From the human T2T-CHM13v2.0 reference genome, Homo sapiens, in NCBI RefSeq assembly GCF_009914755.1, contig NC_060925.1: DNA of 64,000 bases; one strand, 5' to 3'. This document shows, in pieces, positions 43,108 through 56,065 of this stretch (the stretch's first letter is position 1; the number at the start of each line of letters is the position of its first letter). The notes below the pieces were generated by a model. It was given only the letters and a program-made list of their open reading frames with translations. It was not told the DNA's origin and searched no databases. Both the position numbers and the translations under genes were made by a program.

Positions 43108-44160
43108 CTACTGTAAATTTTATAAACACTGTATACTTAGCCTATACTAAAGTTATAAAACAATATTTTTCAGTAATAAATTAATCTTAGCTTACTGTAA
43201 CTTTTTATTTTATAAACTTGTTTAAAAACCTTTTGACTCCTTTGTAATAAGACAGATTAAAACACAAACATATTATACAACTGTAAAAAAATAATTTCTT
43301 TATATATTTCCTCCATAAGCTTGTTTCTATTTTTAATTTTGTTTCTTTACTTTTTAAACTTTTTTATAAAAACTAAGACACAAACACATGCACTGGCCTA
43401 GGCCTACATGGGTTCAGGATCATCAGTATCACTGTCTTTCTCTTCCACATTTGGTCCCACTAGAAGGTCTTCAGGGGCAATAATATACAAGAAGCTGTTA
43501 TCTCCTATAATAGCAATGCCTTCTTCTGGAATACTTCCTGAAGGACTTTCCTGGGGCTGTTTTACAGTTAACTTTTTAATCTATAAGTAGAAAGAGCACA
43601 CTCTAAAATAAAAATTAAAAGTGTAGTATAGTAAATACATAAATCAGTAGCTTAGTCATTTATTACCATTATCAACTATTATGTACTGTACATAAATGTA
43701 TCCACTATACTTTTATACTACTGGCAGTGCAGTAGGTTTGTTGACACCAGCATCACCACAAACACATGAGTAATATGTGTTTGTGACTTTACAACTGCTG
43801 CAGTGTCACTTGGTGATAGGAATTTTTCAGCTCCATTATAATCTTATGGGACTATGGTCATATATGGTCCATCACTGACCAAAAGTCCTTATGTGGTACA
43901 CAACTATACTTTAACATCTTATAGTTGTATATCATTTTACATAATAGAAAATATATATAATCTTATTTAATTTGCATAGTGATCTGGTGATATGGAAATG
44001 ATTACACCCATTTTATCGTAAAAAACAGGTTCAGAGAGGTTAGATTCCTGGCTTAAAGCCAAAGACCCAACAGCGCAGAGCCAGAACCAATGTATTGTGA
44101 TGACAGGGAAAAAAAATCTTTCCCTTTATACCAGTTTACAATCCAACATGGGTCAATATC

Positions 44161-44503
44161 TGCTATGGGCTGTTTCTGTTTTTCCAAAATTCATATACTG
44201 AAACCCTGATTCCCAATGTGATAGGGTTGGAAGGTGAGACCTTTGGGATGTAACTGAATTTGGATGAGGTCATGGTGGTGAAGTTCCCATGATGAGATTC
44301 GTGTGCTTATACAGGGATGAAGAGACCCCCAACTGTCTCTCTCCACCATGTGAGGAAACCAGGAAGAAAGCCCTCGCCAGAACCTGGCCACACTGGCACT
44401 CTGCTCTTGGACTTTCCAGCCTCCAGAATGATGAGAAATACATATTTGATGTTTAAGCCACCCAGTCTATGGTATTCTTGTTATAGCAGCCTGAACTAAG
44501 ACA
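44161..44503 (+). mobile_element. MLT1A0/MLT1A solo LTR
   Basis: tgctatgggctg...aaaattcatatactgaaaccct...gactttccagcctccagaa...ttatagcagcctgaactaagaca. Confidence 0.9.
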
Positions 44504-45039
44504 ATGTAAAAGCATGAAATATTTTATTTCCTTCTGGATACAGAATCACAACAGTAGGTCCAAGTTTGGAATGGGATTAATAATGTTTTCTGACAACCAG
44601 TGAGACTATGGTGTATAAGTAGAGCATAACTGCTTCAGTGAGAATTATGTTAAGAAGAAAAGGCCTTAAACTATTGAATTTATAGGGAACATTCAATTCT
44701 CTTTGCTATAATGCAATTTTTGCCCATATCTACCTGCTCTGATTAATGATAAGGCTTATGAAAAGGACATTTGTAATGTCACAAAAGCTTCCATGCATTT
44801 TACAAAGGATATCATTAATAATCAAGTTAAAACAACCCCAAAGGAAAATATCACATTTCTTTAAAAGATTTAGTGATGCTCAAAGAATGCAATCTTGACT
44901 TTCCTGCTAATGAAATAACTCCCAAAGTTTAGAAACATTTGTAATGCTATATGTTTAAAAAAGGAATAGAAAGTATCATTTATTTTTTGGAAAGTTTGTG
45001 TGCATTATACCAGTTTGGCTTGGAATAAGTTTGTGTTTA

Positions 45040-45570
45040 TTTATTCTTCAATTTATTAGGTCTTCATTGAATAATAATTATTTTCCCAAATGTGCACTGA
45101 AGTTGCAAAATAAAACAGACACAATCCTTGCCCTCAAATTTCTTATACTATACTGGGAAAGATAGATATTAGGAGGGTAATATTAATATTCATCAATAAA
45201 GGACATTTCAGATGTAAGCAAGGATACTATGGCAGCCTAGAGAAAAAGCATCTAACTGTGTTTAGGGTGTCAGGAAAGTCTTGAAGGAGACCTAAACTTG
45301 GCTAGATAACTTGGAGTCCAAAAAAGTCAGGGTAAGAGTTTGGAATTCCATGCAGAAGAAAAAGCCTAAGACCAGAGATTGGAGACTGGAGTTGTTGGTG
45401 AATCATGGCTAAAGAGATAAGCACAGCACAGGTTAACAGAGGTCTTGTGAACCATTTATGGAGTACTGGCTTTGACTTTTTAAGGGATTTAAGCAGCGGA
45501 ATTATATAGCTGATTTACCCTTCAGTGAGAGCTTCCTGGTTGCAATGTGGAAAATGGATTTGAGGGCGTC
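45040..45570 (-). mobile_element. L2 fragment
   Basis: acagacacaatccttgccctca...gtcaggaaagtctt...aagggatttaagcag...ctggttgcaatgtggaaaatggatttgaggg. Confidence 0.7.
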
Positions 45571-45772
45571 ATTACTATTAAATTTAAGACATTACCTCCA
45601 TCTCTTCAGAGATATTACTTTCTGTGACAATATGATAATAAAATGTGTTTCAATATATTCCTTTTGACTATCTCTACTCCCATTCCCCTCTCCCAAACTC
45701 AGGCCCTACGCAAACCCAGTAGTTAACTGTTAATACCCCAATATAGTGAAGACAGCCCACCATAGGAAAGAA

Positions 45773-45810
45773 ACACACACACACACACACCACACACACA
45801 CACACACACA
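45773..45810. repeat. (CA)n microsatellite with a phase break
   Basis: Read directly from the sequence. Confidence 0.95.
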
Positions 45811-45820
45811 TCTTTGACTC

Positions 45821-46124
45821 TGTATTAGTTATTTATTGTTGCAAAACCATATCCCTAAACCTAGCAGCTTGAAATAACAACAAGTATGTATTATCTCATA
45901 GTTTCTATGAATCAGAAATTCAGCTTAGCTGGGTGGTTTTGGCTCAGTGGTCCTTAAAAGTTTTGTAGTCATCATGTTAGCTGGGCGGCACTCATCAGAA
46001 GTCTTGGCTGGAGGATCCACTTTTCTGATGGTTCACTCAAATGGCTGTTGCCAAGAGGCCTCAGTTTCTTGCCATGTGGACCTCTTCACAGGACTCCTTG
46101 TGTGGCTTCATGACATGGTGGTTG
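45821..46124 (-). mobile_element. MLT1 (F-H-like) LTR, partial
   Basis: tgtattagttatttattg...cagcttagctgggtggttttggctcag...ggctggaggatccact. Confidence 0.82.
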
Positions 46125-47762
46125 AAAATGGACACCACCTCAGCCTCAAGATGCCTGACTAGTGTTCTTAAAACGTTTATGGTTTTAGAATTTACCCAGA
46201 GGAAGGAAACACAAGTTCAGAGATGACAATTTAAATCACTTGAGACTGAGTTAATTATCTCAAATGTGACCAAAAGCCATTATGCTTGTCTAAACTTACA
46301 TGGAATCATCTGAAAAGAGTTGCCTACCAGAAGAAACCTGGGGGCTAAGTCTGAAATCAAAACTAATTCTAGACATAAAATTCTATTGGATAGAGGCAAA
46401 TCTTCTTAGCTGTAATTGATGAAATAGAGTAAAAGGTAGTGGGGAATATGGGCTAGCTAAGCTAATGCTTGTTTCCAAAGACTCACTGAAGACTCAGTTG
46501 TGGCCCAAAAGATTACTCAAGAACACCTGACTTCTAGATCTAGTATAATTTGGATTCAACTCTAAGAATTCAAATCTCACATATCTACTTGGGAAACCAA
46601 GGATGATCCAAAATATTTTCGTAATACTAGTATGCAGTAATTCTTAGAAGCCCAAGTGAAAAGAAGCCAAGGGAACCTAATAATAATCTGAGTGTCATTT
46701 AACTTGAGACATTTGGCTTGATAATATTACAATAATGTGTACACCTTTATAAAGGTGTTTTATAAAGGAATTTTTATATGTATTATAAAAGAATTTTATA
46801 AAGGAATTTCTAAATGTACTATGATTTCTTGCATAAAGATAAAACCTGATAGGCAATAGAATGCATGTTAAAGAGTAAAACTCAAATGAGATTTTCAAAA
46901 ACATCATGTCTACCTTAATAAATTATGTAAAAGATTGATGATCAATTAATTTTAGTGTTATCAATGAGCTTAACTACCAGGATAATTTTTCTCCCCCAAA
47001 ATAAAGAGCTTACTTCATAAGAAACTTAAAAGCATGAGAACAAGCAAAATAATTATCATTTCTCAAAAACTCCACTTTAAACAGAAGGGGATTGTGTGCC
47101 TTTTCAGCATAAAACCAGCATGAAATGATATGTTAATATTTCTAAGATGCACATCAACTTAATTAATTAAAACCTAAATGAAAAATAAAATACAGGCAAT
47201 GAAGGAAACAATTTCTCTATGAAGTCTTCCTGTAAAATTACATAAGCATTTTTAATTCTGTTTTTGGCACACCTGAAAATTACTATACTTTCTGTCTTAA
47301 ATTACTACTTCTTTCAAATTTTTGTAAGTTCATCATATGTAACTGAGGATGTATTATAATACCTATCAAAGCGAAAGATCCACTGGACAAAGTTAAACAA
47401 GCAAGGGAGATGTTATTCAAGGCTATTGCCATAGGGGAATGACGCCAGAGCTCAGTCTCAGCTCAACTCTGTTGAAACAAAGGCCTGGGGAGTTTTTAAG
47501 AGTTGAGAAGAGGGAATCACAGGTCAGATGTGTTTGCTAATTGGCTTTACCTAAAGGACAAGTGAATTTTCTCTGAACTTATGACAGTAAGTAGTTTTAC
47601 AACTTGGAGCAAGGCAACCACTGAAGTTTGGCTCCCACCCTCCCACAGAAACTGGGAAATAGGAATGCTATCTTCCTTGGTGATTATATTTCAAAGGGAT
47701 GACTCTCAGACCCTTAAGAAAGATAGTCCTGGGATGTAAAACTGGCAAAAGGATTGTCAAAG

Positions 47763-48543
47763 TTTTATTTTTTTTTTTATTTTTTTTTTTATTATACTCT
47801 AAGTTTTAGGGTACATGTGCACATTGTGCAGGTTAGTTACATATGTATACATGTGCCATGCTGGTGCGCTGCACCCACTAATGAGTCATCTAGCATTAGG
47901 TATATCTCCCAATGCTATCCCTCCCCCCTCCCCCGACCCCACCACAGTCCCCAGAGTGTGATATTCCCCTTCCTGTGTCCATGTGATCTCATTGTTCAAT
48001 TCCCACCTATGAGTGAGAATATGCGGTGTTTGGTTTTTTGTTCTTGCGATAGTTTACTGAGAATGATGGTTTCCAATTTCATCCATGTCCCTACAAAGGA
48101 TATGGACTCATCATTTTTTATGGCTGCATAGTATTCCATGGTGTATATGTGCCACATTTTCTTAATCCAGTCTATCATTGTTGGACATTTGGGTTGGTTC
48201 CAAGTCTTTGCTATTGTGAATAGTGCCGCAATAAACATACGTGTGCATGTGTCTTTATAGCAGCATGATTTATAGTCATTTGGGTATATACCCAGTAATG
48301 GGATGGCTGGGTCAAATGGTATTTCTAGTTCTAGATCCCTGAGGAATCGCCACACTGACTTCCACAATGGTTGAACTAGTTTACAGTCCCACCAACAGTG
48401 TAAAAGTGTTCCTATTTCTCCGCATCCTCTCCAGCACCTGTTGTTTCCTGACTTTTTAATGATTGCCATTCTAACTGGTGTGAGATGATATCTCATGGTG
48501 GTTTTGATTTGCATTTCTCTGATGGCCAGTGATGATGAGCATT
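47763..48543 (-). mobile_element. L1HS (Ta-like), 5'-truncated ~780 bp
   Basis: The intact 172-aa ORF 47996-48514 is the ORF2p C-terminus (...[13 protein letters not shown]). The sense 3' end reads acttaGagtataata (Ta-type G). gatgacTCAttagtggg is one change from the Ta ACA. CpGs are retained. Confidence 0.88.
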
Positions 48544-48544
48544 G

Positions 48545-48795
48545 TGTATTTTGTTTTTAATTGACACATAATTGTACATATTTATAGGACACCATATAAT
48601 GTTTTGATACATGCATACATTGTGTAATAACTAAATCAGGGTAATTGACATATCCATCACCTGAAACATTAATGTTTATTTCTTTGTGGTGACAAAATTC
48701 AAAATTTTCTAGCTATTTTGAAATATACTATACAATATTGTTAACTACAGTTGGTCAATGAGTACAAATGTGCAGTTAGGAGGAATGAATTCTGG
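48545..48795 (-). mobile_element. L1MA-type short 3' end with small 5' inversion
   Basis: Minus segment ttaattgacacataattgtacat...gttaactacagt, then plus segment tggtcaatgagtacaaatgtgcagttaggagg. TSD ctggcaaaagg(a/t)tt at 47742-47755 and 48792-48805. Confidence 0.8.
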
Positions 48796-49149
48796 CAAAA
48801 GGTTTTTTTAAAAAAATTTACATCTCAGAGAGGCAGGGAAATAATCTAAAATTATGTTTTCTAAAGCAAATGCTCTAAGAAAAGGGAGGTCAGGAGCCTA
48901 GAGTCAGGAAGAAGCCTGCCTAATGTTTGTTCAAGCTGTGGAGAACATTAAGGCTGTTTTGGTCATACCAAATCTATATTCTCACATGTTTTTCAGCTTG
49001 TCTGTTAACCTGTCACCAGCGACAGACTCTACTTTTGTGCCAGATTTCAAGTCCTTTTCCTTTATTTCAACTAACAAGTCAACTGAGGCAGGGATGAGAC
49101 TCAGACACCACAAACTGGAACTCAGGGCAAATAAGTGCCCTTGACACCC

Positions 49150-49490
49150 ATTTAGTGTAATCTCCCCAAGTCTCTAACCATATCTTCACAAATAGGTGAG
49201 AATCTCTTCTGTACAGAGACTTTCAAAAGGGCAGCCCCTGCCCTCAATAATCTCCTACAACATCTTACAGCCCTCATAGGCAAGACTTCTTTCACAAATC
49301 TAACTCAAATCCCTCATGCTCCATTTTAACCTTCTCCTAGCTTCTCTTGGAGATCATCTTTTTCTCACCCTCTGTGCAACTATTCTTGGTGTAGTTAAAA
49401 CATGAATGTTCCCCCATCCATTCACTTTTGCATGCTAAGTTATTCCAGTCCCATTCTATGTCTTATTTTTCACAGCTGACTCATCTTTGT
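49150..49490 (-). mobile_element. L3/CR1 fragment
   Basis: tcttacagccctcataggcaagacttctttcacaaatctaactcaaatccctcatgctccattttaacc. Confidence 0.6.
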
Positions 49491-49509
49491 GCTGTCATAG
49501 TTTAGTACA

Positions 49510-49700
49510 ACTATTTGGTAGCTAGAGAAATTTAGATTCTAATCTTAGGTCTCCCACTTTTTGTCTGGCTATAAGCCTTAGACACAATTACAGAGGCCCA
49601 GCTTCCTCATTCTAAACTAGAGTCAATACAGTTTATTTTGAAGATTAAATGAGGTAATGGGTTGAATATGCTACAGACACCTAATAAATACTAGTGCTCT
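49510..49700 (+). mobile_element. MIR
   Basis: tagattctaatctt...cccagcttcctcattctaaa...tttgaagattaaatgaggtaat. Confidence 0.65.
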
Positions 49701-50649
49701 TCACCTTCCTTGTTTTCTGAACCGCTTATTTGGTGTTTTTTGACCCAGTACACTAGCCCCTGCTTTTTCCATACTGAGAAGTGAGAAAAAATAATTCAAC
49801 AATACATACAGTTTTTTAGTTTCACTAGTGATGAAATCCATATTAAAGTCATACACTATATTGTGAAGAATTGGAAATATTGATCAATCCTTTATTTATT
49901 AGAGTAATGGGATAATAATATGGGAAGCAAAATTATGGTTCAATATGATTGATTTTAAAGGGGCATTAGAAAAATCATTTTTCATTTACTCTCTCTTAAA
50001 CCAGTTATGCCAATTTTCTTAAGTTCACAAGAGCCAGAAAGGCTTGCAGATTCATTTCCGCTCTCTGATTAAGAAAAATGTCACATATAAATAGTAAGAA
50101 TAATTCCTTTAGTGGAGGGATGTGGAAGAAGAAACTAGCTTATCTGTTATACTAATGATACAGTAAAGGTATCAGTTTTTAAAAATAATTAATTTTTAAT
50201 GAATTAAATAAGCTTGTAAGACCACTTGTCAACTCTTTCTGTTACAGATATAATATATTCAACAAACACATCTATTGTTCAGCTTTCTGGGAAGGAAAGG
50301 AAAAGAAAAAGAATAGCCTTTAATTACTTACTCCAGGCTTATTTTAATTTAATTCAATTTATTTTTACTTTGACTCTGTGTTAACTTGTAATACATAGTT
50401 GACTGTATCATTCAACCCTTCCTTAAAATTAAAAGATCACTTATAAGTTTTAAATAAGTCCCCCAAACAAATATAAAATCAAATTCTTATCTAAAAACTG
50501 AATGAATTCTGTCCTCAAAAAACACATGAGAATATTAGTCATTTTAATGAATTCAATATCTTTAAAATTGTCACCACAACTTCCTTGATATTCAGAGATG
50601 TCTTCTTTATCATGAAGGGGATCTGTTTCTGGTGCATTTCTTCTTCCAG

Positions 50650-50810
50650 TCAATATAACATTTATTGAGCATCTAACTGTACAAAGCAATGTTTTAGACA
50701 CTTTACTAGTCACTGTGAGAGACAGATGTGGAAAACATGGCCTCTTTCTTAGGAAACTTAAAATCTATGTGGAGATACAAAATATAGAGAAGTAACTATA
50801 ATATCAGGCA
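50650..50810 (-). mobile_element. L2 3' fragment
   Basis: aacatttattgagcatctaactgtacaaagcaatgttttagacact. Confidence 0.7.
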
Positions 50811-52229
50811 TATTTCTCATTTTATTTCTTGTTTGAGAATTACCATATTACCATTTAATTGCTTGGAAATTATTACCTTTTGTTAGGTAGGGGAATCAAA
50901 TGTTAGGTAGGGTTGTGAATGAAGGCTATAATTTGCTAAAACTTGTCAATGATACAAGAAGTAGAAGGCTCAGTAGTATTGAGGAGAGAGAATTATCATT
51001 TGGAAAGGGAGCAAATGTGAATAAATTTTGAGTGTATTTTATAAATGAATAAGAATGAAAGTGATTAACAATCAGAAATAATGTAAAGAATATAATTACA
51101 TTGTCTGATGCCCAACATAAAACAATTTAGAAATTTAATACTGTCCTTAAGTCATTGGTAACTAAATATCTGCTCACTGCTTGAAGCTTTTGCTGAATGA
51201 AGTTGATACAGGATAGCACTAAGTAGCTAAGGCAACTTTTGTGCTAACATATATTTATTTCATACTAAGAAATTCAAACCACTTCAGAGTAGAACTTCAT
51301 AATGGCTGTCCCCCTAAAAGCATCTTCCATTCAGCTGGGGCTTTGCACGTTGCAATTTATATTGTAATTCCAACACAGCGGTTTATCTGTGGAAAATCAA
51401 GAGCTAATACTGGCAATAGCCAAAGTAAAGCAGAGTTTGTATAGATGAGGGTGATGTAACTTGATCTTGCCTTATGATACAAACACCTGCTACTATCACT
51501 TGGTCTGGGTTAAATGCTTTAACTGAGCAACCGATCCGGTGGTGTAGTGTCAGGTAACGAGAAAGTTAGGACTGCAGCAAGGGTGTTATATGCCCTCATT
51601 TCAAATGACAGCTAGGTTTATTCTCACAAACTCACTGAACAAAAGAATGGATTCTGGTCTAACAAGTGATTTTAAAACCTGCTGGCTAGGACTCAGCTGT
51701 TCAATTAAATTGAGCTTGGAGAGAAACAATTAATAGAAGAAATTTAACTTTTGAAGAAAAAAACTAACAAACTGCTTCTAAAGACAGCTTCACACAGGAT
51801 TCAAATCTAGTCCTTTTGAAATACAAGTTATGTTAAAATACACGTTCATCAAAAAGTTCATAGAAAGGACCCAGTTTTCCCCCATTAAAAAAAAATCTCT
51901 TTATCCTCCCTCTCCCCCACACCAATAAGCCAATAAATATTATAATTTAAGTAAAAGCTGAGCATAGCTAGGCCTTGGCACCTGACACTACATGAGGTTC
52001 CCAAATGCTTTCTTAGAGAGGTAGGGGCTGCTGAGGTTGTGAAACTCCCTGTACTCACCTTTCAACCCTTAACCCAGAGCCCAGCTTGGCTCTCCCGTGG
52101 CTGGAGTGGGAAGATGGTGCTGGCTCTCGCCCTTTGCTGTCAGGCACATGGGCCCTCCCAAAATCTGAGGCTCCTCAAGTCCCCAAAACACACCCCTCAC
52201 GCACTCGGGTTGCCTTGGGAGCTCCAAGC

Positions 52230-52949
52230 TGTCAGCTAGAGCATAAGGACAAATATGCATTAAAAATAAGAGGCTTAATTCTGGCAGCTGAAAATAGAAG
52301 AAGAGATTTCCCTCTCCTCTTATTCAGAATATTTACATAAGAAAACTTGTCATTGTAAATACTTTCTCTTCTCTTTGAAGTGTATATAAATTCTTTAAAG
52401 ATGAGATAGGCCTTTTGTCAGCTTTATGACCTAAGAATGTATCTTTCAGGGACCAGGGATCCATCTCTTTGAAATGTAAACATTAAAAACATAGCACCCC
52501 TAGTTTCCAGTTTCTGTGGGAATGTAGGAGTCTAACTTCAGTGGGCAGGCAACCTGCTCCAAGTTGCAAAACCACCTACTGTCATAAAAACATGAGAAGT
52601 TTGTTTTACCTAATTGTAAGCCAATTAGATAACACAGATGGTCACCTCAATTACCTAATCAGATAAAGTAGGGATCAACTATGTGTGACCAAAGGTGTTG
52701 TCAAGCCTTGTTATTTGAGGACTAATTATTGTTTATCTTGAAAACATGGATGTAATGGGTTGTATCTGCTTAGCTACAGAAAAGAGTGAGATTTATTTTC
52801 TGCCTTTGCAATCTCTTATGCAGATTGCTGATGATGAGTATCACATGCTGGTTTAATGCTTAATAGTAAGTTTTTTTTTCTCTACTACCTTTATGGAAAA
52901 GATTTCTGGGTTGAGAGAAGATTTTATTTTTTAGTACATTTTCCCAACA
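52230..52949 (+). mobile_element. MER39-like ERV1 (MER4 group) solo LTR
   Basis: TG...CA ends. atgcattaaaaataagaggcttaatt, ccatctctttgaaatgtaaacat, ttttcccaaca. Flanks caagc / caggc. Confidence 0.78.
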
Positions 52950-53399
52950 CAGGCAGAGTCCAGTTGACCGCTTAGGGAGCCCTGAGTTTCTGCCTGGGAG
53001 CCATCGGTCATGATAATAAAGCTAGATACTTATTTATTCATCTATTTGAAACTCACCCCCTTCTGCCCTCACCCTAGAGTAGGGGAGATTTTAAGCAGTT
53101 CCTCTTGTTCTGGAGATGTGCAAATACTCAGTGACCTCCACGTTGCCTTTAGACAATAGCCATGGTAGCTTTTTGTATGTTGGCTTTGTCAGAGTCATTT
53201 ATGAGCGGAAACAATTGAAGTGAAACTTTGCTAAGGTTCAAAAATGTTTTGTGTAAATAGAGTTTTTGGTTTTGATAAATTGTAATACCCTAAATCTTTA
53301 ATCAAAACAACAATTACAGCAACAAACATTACCACCCCAACTTCCCCTGCTACCACCACCAACCAGGCTTGGGTCTTTTCTTCCAGTCAAATGAAAACC

Positions 53400-56065
53400 C
53401 ATGTAATACAAGATCTACTCTCTTAACAAAATTTTAAGTGTACAGTGCAGGACTGTTTTTGATATGCACATTGCTGTACAGCAGATCTCTAGAATTTTTC
53501 ATCTTGTGTGACTGAAACTATACCCATTGAACAGTAACTTTCACTTCTTCCTCTTTCCAGGTCCCAGTAACCAACATTCTACTTTCTGTTTCTATGAGTT
53601 TGACTACTTTATATGCTTCATGTCAGTGGAATCATATGGTATTTGTTCTTCTATGACTGGCTTATTTCACTTAGCATAGTATCTTCAAGGTTTATTCATA
53701 TTGTAATATATTACAGGACTTCCTTCTTTAAGATTGAATAATATTCCATCATATGTATAAACTACATTTTCTTTACCCATTCATCCATCGATGGATATTT
53801 AAATTGTTTCCACTGCTTGGCTATTGTGAAAAGTGCTGCAATGAAAATGAGAGTGCAAATATCTTATCAAGATCATCTCTTCAATACTTTTGAATGATTG
53901 TCAAGAAGTGGGATTGCTAGATCATAGGGCAGTCCTATTTTTAATTTTTTTAGGAACTTCCATACTGTTGTTCATAGCAGCTGTATCATTTTTATATTCC
54001 CACCAACAGTATACAAGGATTCCAATTTCTCCATATTCTTACCAAATCTTGCTATTTCTGTATTTTTAAAATAATGGCCATCCTAGCAGGTATGAGGTAA
54101 AATATCATTGTGACATTGACTTGCATTTCCCCAATTATTCATGAAATTGAACATCTTTTTGCATATTTACTACTTGTATGTCTTCTTTGAAGAATGTCTA
54201 TTCAAGTCCTTTGCCTATTTTCTAATTGATTTTTTTTTTTCTGTTTAGTTTTAAAAGCTCCTCATGTATTTTGGATATTAACCCATTATTATATGTGTGA
54301 TTTGTTAATATCTTCCCCCATTCTGTTGATTGCCTTTTTATTCTGTTGATTCCTTCCTTTGCTACACAGAAACTTTTTAGTTTGGTGTAGTCCCATTTAC
54401 CTATTTTTGCTATTGTTACCTGTACTTTTTGTGTCGTATCCAAGAAATCATTACTAAGACCAAAGTTATAAGGCTTTCCCCCTATGTTTTCTTCCAGGGG
54501 GTTTATAGCTTAGATCTTACATTTAAGTTTTTAATCTCCTTTGAGTTGATTTTTATGTGTGGTGTAAGATAAGGGTTCATTTTGCATGTAAACATTCAGT
54601 TTCCCCAACACCAATTGTTAAAGAAACTGTTCTTTCCCCCTTGTGTAGTCTTGGCATCATTGTCAAACGTCAGGTGACTAAAGGTATGGCTCTCTATTCT
54701 GTTCCATTTTTCTGTATGTCTGTCTTTATGCCAGTACCAGACTGTTTTGATTCCTGTAGCTTTGTAATATGTTTTGAAATCAGGAAGTGTGAAGCCTCCA
54801 ACTTTGTTCTTCTTTCTCAAAGTTGTTCTGGCTATTCATGGCCTTTGTAGTTTTGTATCAATTTTACGTTTGTTTTATCTACTTCTAAAAAAAATTTCAA
54901 TTGAGGTTTTGACAAAGATTGCATTTAAGTCTACAGATTACTTTGGATACTCAAACGCTTCCAAAAGATCAAAAAGAAGCAACAAAAACTACCAAATTCT
55001 TTCTCTGAGGCCAGCATTATCCTGATACCAAAGCCAAAGACACTGAAAGGAAATGAAACTACAGACTAATATCCTTGATGAATATAGATACAAAAATAAT
55101 ACTCAACAAAACATTAGCAAACTGACTTCAACAGCACATTAAAAGGATCATACACCACGATCAACGGGGATTTATCCCTGGGATATAAGGATGATTTAAC
55201 ACATGAAAATTTGACACACCACACTGAGAGAATGAAGATATTAAAAATCACATGATCATCTCAATCCATGCAGAAAAAGCATTTGACAAAATTCAAACTC
55301 TTGTGATAAAAACACTAAGCAAACTGGGAATAGAAAGAAAATATCTCACCATAATAAAGGTCATATATGAAAAGTCGACAGCTAACATCATATTTAATGG
55401 TAAAAAAACTGAATACTTTTCCTCTAGGACCAGGAACAAAACAAAGATGACCACTCTTGCCACTTCTATTTAGCATAATACTAGAAGCCCTAGGCAGAAA
55501 AATTAGGCAAGAAAAAGAAATAAAAGGCATCTAAATTAGAAAGGAAGAAGTAAAATTATCTCTATTCACAGATGAGATGATCTTATACGTAGAAATTCTA
55601 AAGATTCCAGAAATCTATTAGACTTGATAAATAAATTCATGAAAGCTGCAGGCTACAAAATCAACATAACAGAAATCAATTCTGTTTTTATACACTAACA
55701 ATGAGCAATTCAAAATGGAAATTTTTTAAAAAATCCATTTACAAGAGCATCAAAAGAATAAAATACTTAGGAATAAACTTAACCAAGTAGGTGAAAGACA
55801 TGTACACTGAAAACTATCAAACATTGCTGAAAGAAAATTTTTTGTAGATATCAAAATAACTACAGGAGTGGATTTGGAATGTTCCTAACAGAATGAAATG
55901 AAAAGTGTTTGAGGTAATGAATATCCAAGTCACCCTGGTTTTATTATTACATATTGTATGCTTGTATCAAACATCACATGTACTCCTAAATACATAAAAC
56001 TGTTATGTACCCATAAAAATTAAGAATTAAAAAAAATTAAAGAAGACAAAAATAAATGAAAAGGA
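53400..56065 (-). mobile_element. L1MA9-like element with large 5' inversion
   Basis: The minus segment ~53400-54949 (3' UTR to ORF2) joins a plus segment 54950-56065 (RT region: [15 protein letters not shown]). Confidence 0.9.
55840..56034 (+). mobile_element. L1MA (2-5-like) 3' terminus nested in the inverted segment
   Basis: tttggaatgttcctaaca...tgtttgaggtaatgaatatcc...tatgtacccataaaaattaag. The host L1 resumes with aaattaaagaagac. Confidence 0.82.

Larger units (their letters stand above)
47364..48965 (-). mobile_element. MER31-like ERV1 solo LTR split by L1 insertions
   Basis: agttaaacaagcaagg...ttattcaaggctattgc. Resumes at 48792 and ends ttaaggctgttttggtca. 4-bp TSD tacc at 47360-3 and 48966-9. 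Confidence 0.88.

Noticed and set aside
47996-48514. 172-aa ORF (also 34878-35384, 21854-22093, 34480-34722, 54596-54820, 55252-55473) as host genes
   Set aside because: All are L1 ORF2p fragments in 5'-truncated elements with no promoter.
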